DNA from: the human T2T-CHM13v2.0 reference genome, Homo sapiens
Length of the DNA stretch: 64,000 bases
Strand: one strand, 5' to 3'
Assembly: GCF_009914755.1 (NCBI RefSeq)
Contig: NC_060934.1
Made by a program: the position numbers and the translations under genes. Numbering within the stretch: position 1 is the first letter of the stretch; each line of letters opens with the position of its first letter. The notes under the pieces were generated by a model. That model made no database searches. It had not been told where the DNA came from and was given only the letters and a program-made list of their open reading frames with translations. Below are positions 61,180 to 64,000 of this stretch, one piece after another.

Positions 61180-61553
61180 TGATTATGGTTTCACTGTGTC
61201 CCCACCCAAATCTCATCTTAAACTGTAGTTCCCATTATCCCCATGTGTTGTGGGAGAGACTTGGTGGGAGGTAATTGAATCATGGGGGCAGTTACCTCCA
61301 TGCTCTTCTCCTGATAGTGAGTTCTCATGAGATCTGATGGTTTTATAAGGGGCTCCCCCAACCCCTTTGCTCTGCCTTGCTTTTTACTGCCACCATGTTA
61401 AGAAGGACTTGTTTACTTCCCCTTCAGCCATGACTATAAGTTTCCTGAGGCCTCCCCAGCCCTGTTAAACTGTGAGCCAATTAAACCTCTTTCCTTTATA
61501 AACTACCCAGTTTCAAGTGTGTCCTTATAGCAGCATAAGAACAGATTAATACG
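61180..61553 (+). mobile_element. THE1C/D MaLR solo LTR
   Basis: tgattatggttt...gtgtccccacccaaatctcatctt...aagtttcctgaggcctccccagcc...caattaaacctctttcc. Confidence 0.9.
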
Positions 61554-62009
61554 TATGCTTTTCTATTAGTTTGTCTTATGTCTATTTAATTTTTTAGCCC
61601 AGAATAAAAAAACCCTAAGAGGGTAGAGGTAAAATTGTGACTTGGCCGCAATCTTAGGGGTGTCATACTTTTTCCTTCCTGTGTGCATCATCATTTACTT
61701 TTTTATTCCTTTAACCTTGCCTACACCTTCGTAAATAGTTCTTACCTTAAATTATTTTCCATTGAATTATTTTGAATCTGCCATCTGTTTCCTGATATAA
61801 TTCATACAAGTAAATCTGCAGTGATGTTTTCTTTGTCCATACTGGAGCTTTTCATATAATTAAGTTCTCTTTTTTATTCAATCTTAACCCAATCATCACT
61901 TAGAAAAGTTTTGTCTCACCTCTCAGACTAAGTAGCTTCACTATCAACACTCTTGTAAAACATTATGTCTTTTTCTTAGAAAGTTAAATTATTATATTTT
62001 TTTATATAC

Positions 62010-62322
62010 TGGTAGAGTTTGAACGTGTCCTCCAAAGGGCTCTGCCCTCATAAATGGATTAATGTCATTATTGAAGAAGTGAATTACTTATCTCAAGAAT
62101 GGGTTTGTTATAAACTCCAATTTGGCCACCTTGCTAGCTCCCTCACATGTGGGCTTTCTTGCCCTTCCACCTTCCATCATGGGATGACAAAGAAAGATGT
62201 GGCCCCTGAGTCTTGGACTTCTCAGCTTTAGAACTGGAGGAAATAAATCTCTGTTTCTTATAAATTACTAAATTACCTGGTCTCAGGTGTTCTGTTACAG
62301 CAACAGAAAATGGACTAAGACA
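62010..62322 (+). mobile_element. MSTD-like MaLR LTR (internally deleted)
   Basis: gccctcataaatggattaatg...ccttccaccttccatcatgggatgac...gcaacagaaaatggactaagaca. Confidence 0.8.
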
Positions 62323-63332
62323 TAATTATTTCCCTATCTGCCTCATTTGACTGCATTCTCTATCAGGGCCGGGTCTAGGCCTTCCTTGCTCATCATTATT
62401 TTCCCAGTGCTTAGCCTCACTTCTGTCATATTGTGTGCACTCAATAAATAAGCTGGAAAAATTAAATAAGTAAATCAGTTCCTATTCTGATTCAGGTTAA
62501 TACATACTGTTTTCTCTCACATCAGCAAATCCCTAGGCATTATTCTTCTTTTCTAAATTAGTCAAGCTGGGTCATTTTCTGACTTTTCTCTGACTACATT
62601 TCAGTAAGAAAAGATGTCTCTTAAAATAAAAAAGTCATTTTGAGGAAAAATATAGGTTGTACAGGGTTGCAAATAAAACTTTGAAAAGATAACAATACTC
62701 ATTTGAGTATAGTAGTTTTGCTGATCAAAATATTTCTTTGTCAATGTAGGGATTATTACTTAAAATGGCTAAGGGCAAGTCTAGGCAAGTCTCAAGAAGT
62801 TTCTACCATGGGAGAATGATCTGGTTTCCAGATCAGTTGACCTTTCCAGATCTTTGTAAAGGTCAGCATACAATTCCCCTGCAGCTGAAGCTCAGCTCAG
62901 CTTTGCCTAAAGCCTTATCTCTAATTTTGAATTTTGCTAGAATACTTCCTTCCTTTTTGCTTTCAGCATTCTTTTCTCTGGTTATAAGTTTTGTGAATCT
63001 ATTAGATGCTCTCAGTGATCTTGTTGTATTTTTAATTCAATTCTTAAGTAATGATAATATAATTCTACCTGCTTAATACAAAGACATTTATACTCATTTC
63101 CCACCTCCACTCCCGGCTTCTTATTTACTCTCAGTGTAGCTGAATATAATAAAAATGTAATCCCACTTCAGAAATTTGCCTCATCGTGTTTAACTAGTGA
63201 CTCAGCTTCTAGTGACAGGAATCTTTTTTAGCCTGGTCACTCACTTTAATAAAACTTTAAAACTCAGTAGATTTCTGAGTAGATATTATTACTTACAGCA
63301 AACATGGGAAATTCCTAATAAGAGAAGTAGTT

Positions 63333-64000
63333 ATTAGGACTAAACTCTGATTTTCTTTTTATCTTGCTCAAATTTCTATCTAAGGGGTCTGGGGAGTCAT
63401 GCCCTACAAACCGTAAATTCTCATCAGAAGAGTTTTAGTTAACCCTGTATATCAAGACTTATATTCCAATCTGATTCTGGCATAATGAGGAAGAAAATAA
63501 AAATGTTTTACTCCAAAACATGTTTCTCTTCCATATCTTGAAATTGCCCTGCAAAGTCACTTGTGGGAAAAGTCTACATTCTATAGAGAATCCCTTCCCC
63601 TTTGTTTTCCTTCCTTCATTTCCAGATCCAGGAGACAATCGACTAAGAGCCAGGCACTCTTTTAAGACCCATAAGAAACATTTTACAACCTGCTCTATCT
63701 GAGAGTTTCCTCTGCACAATAAAACTTAGTCTCCACAATCCTTTATCTTAACCTAAACATTTCTTTTCTATTGATCCCAGGTCTTCAGATAAACTCAACC
63801 AATTGTCGACCAGAAAATGTTTCAATTTACCTGTAGCCGGGAAACTCCCTGCCCCGGTTTTGAGTTGTCCTGCCTTTCTGAACCAAACCAATGAATTTCT
63901 TAAGTGTATTTGATTGATGTCTCATGCCTCCCTAAAAATATATAAAACCAAGCTGTACCCCGACCACCTTGGGCACATGTTCTCGGAACCTTCTGAGAAC
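63333..64000 (+). mobile_element. MER4-family ERV1 LTR, running off the window end
   Basis: ctaaggggtctggggagtcatgccctacaa...taaaaccaagctgtaccccgaccaccttgggcacatgttctc. Confidence 0.85.

Larger units (their letters stand above)
60585..61650 (+). mobile_element. MER34-like ERV1 LTR hosting an Alu monomer and THE1
   Basis: aatatgctaccccaaaatatgccactttggcataaggattattttgagc...taaataaatttgta...aagagggtagagg. Confidence 0.75.
60490..61800 (+). mobile_element. LTR33-like ERVL LTR split by MER34
   Basis: ttaaccttgcctacaccttcgtaaatagt...tgccatctgtttcctg at 61710-61795. Confidence 0.5.

Overview
AT-rich, CpG-poor primate genomic DNA, probably human or great ape given AluY, L1PA2 and an LTR5_Hs-type HERV-K LTR. 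It reads as one long intron or intergenic stretch. The only plausible host-gene signal is a possible exon end with a consensus donor (AAG|GTAAGT) at 30/31; I cannot name the gene. A large share of the window is interspersed repeat: about 12 Alu copies, two inverted 5'-truncated L1PA copies, old L1M/L2/MIR fragments, many MaLR/ERVL/ERV1 LTRs, a two-LTR ERVL provirus carrying nested MER67, LTR5, Tigger2a and AluY, a MER11 solo LTR, and Tigger/hAT DNA transposons. Nearly all listed ORFs are spurious or repeat-derived. The most unusual signal is repeated local, mostly inverted, copying of sequence in cis: patchy shared private mutations between two inverted L1s of different ages (gene conversion), 70-bp and 37-bp inverted templated insertions copied from 1.4-3 kb away, and a 39-bp-arm fold-back with a serially templated loop. 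Subfamily names come from memory of consensus sequences and boundaries of old repeats are approximate. I see no convincing new protein-coding system.
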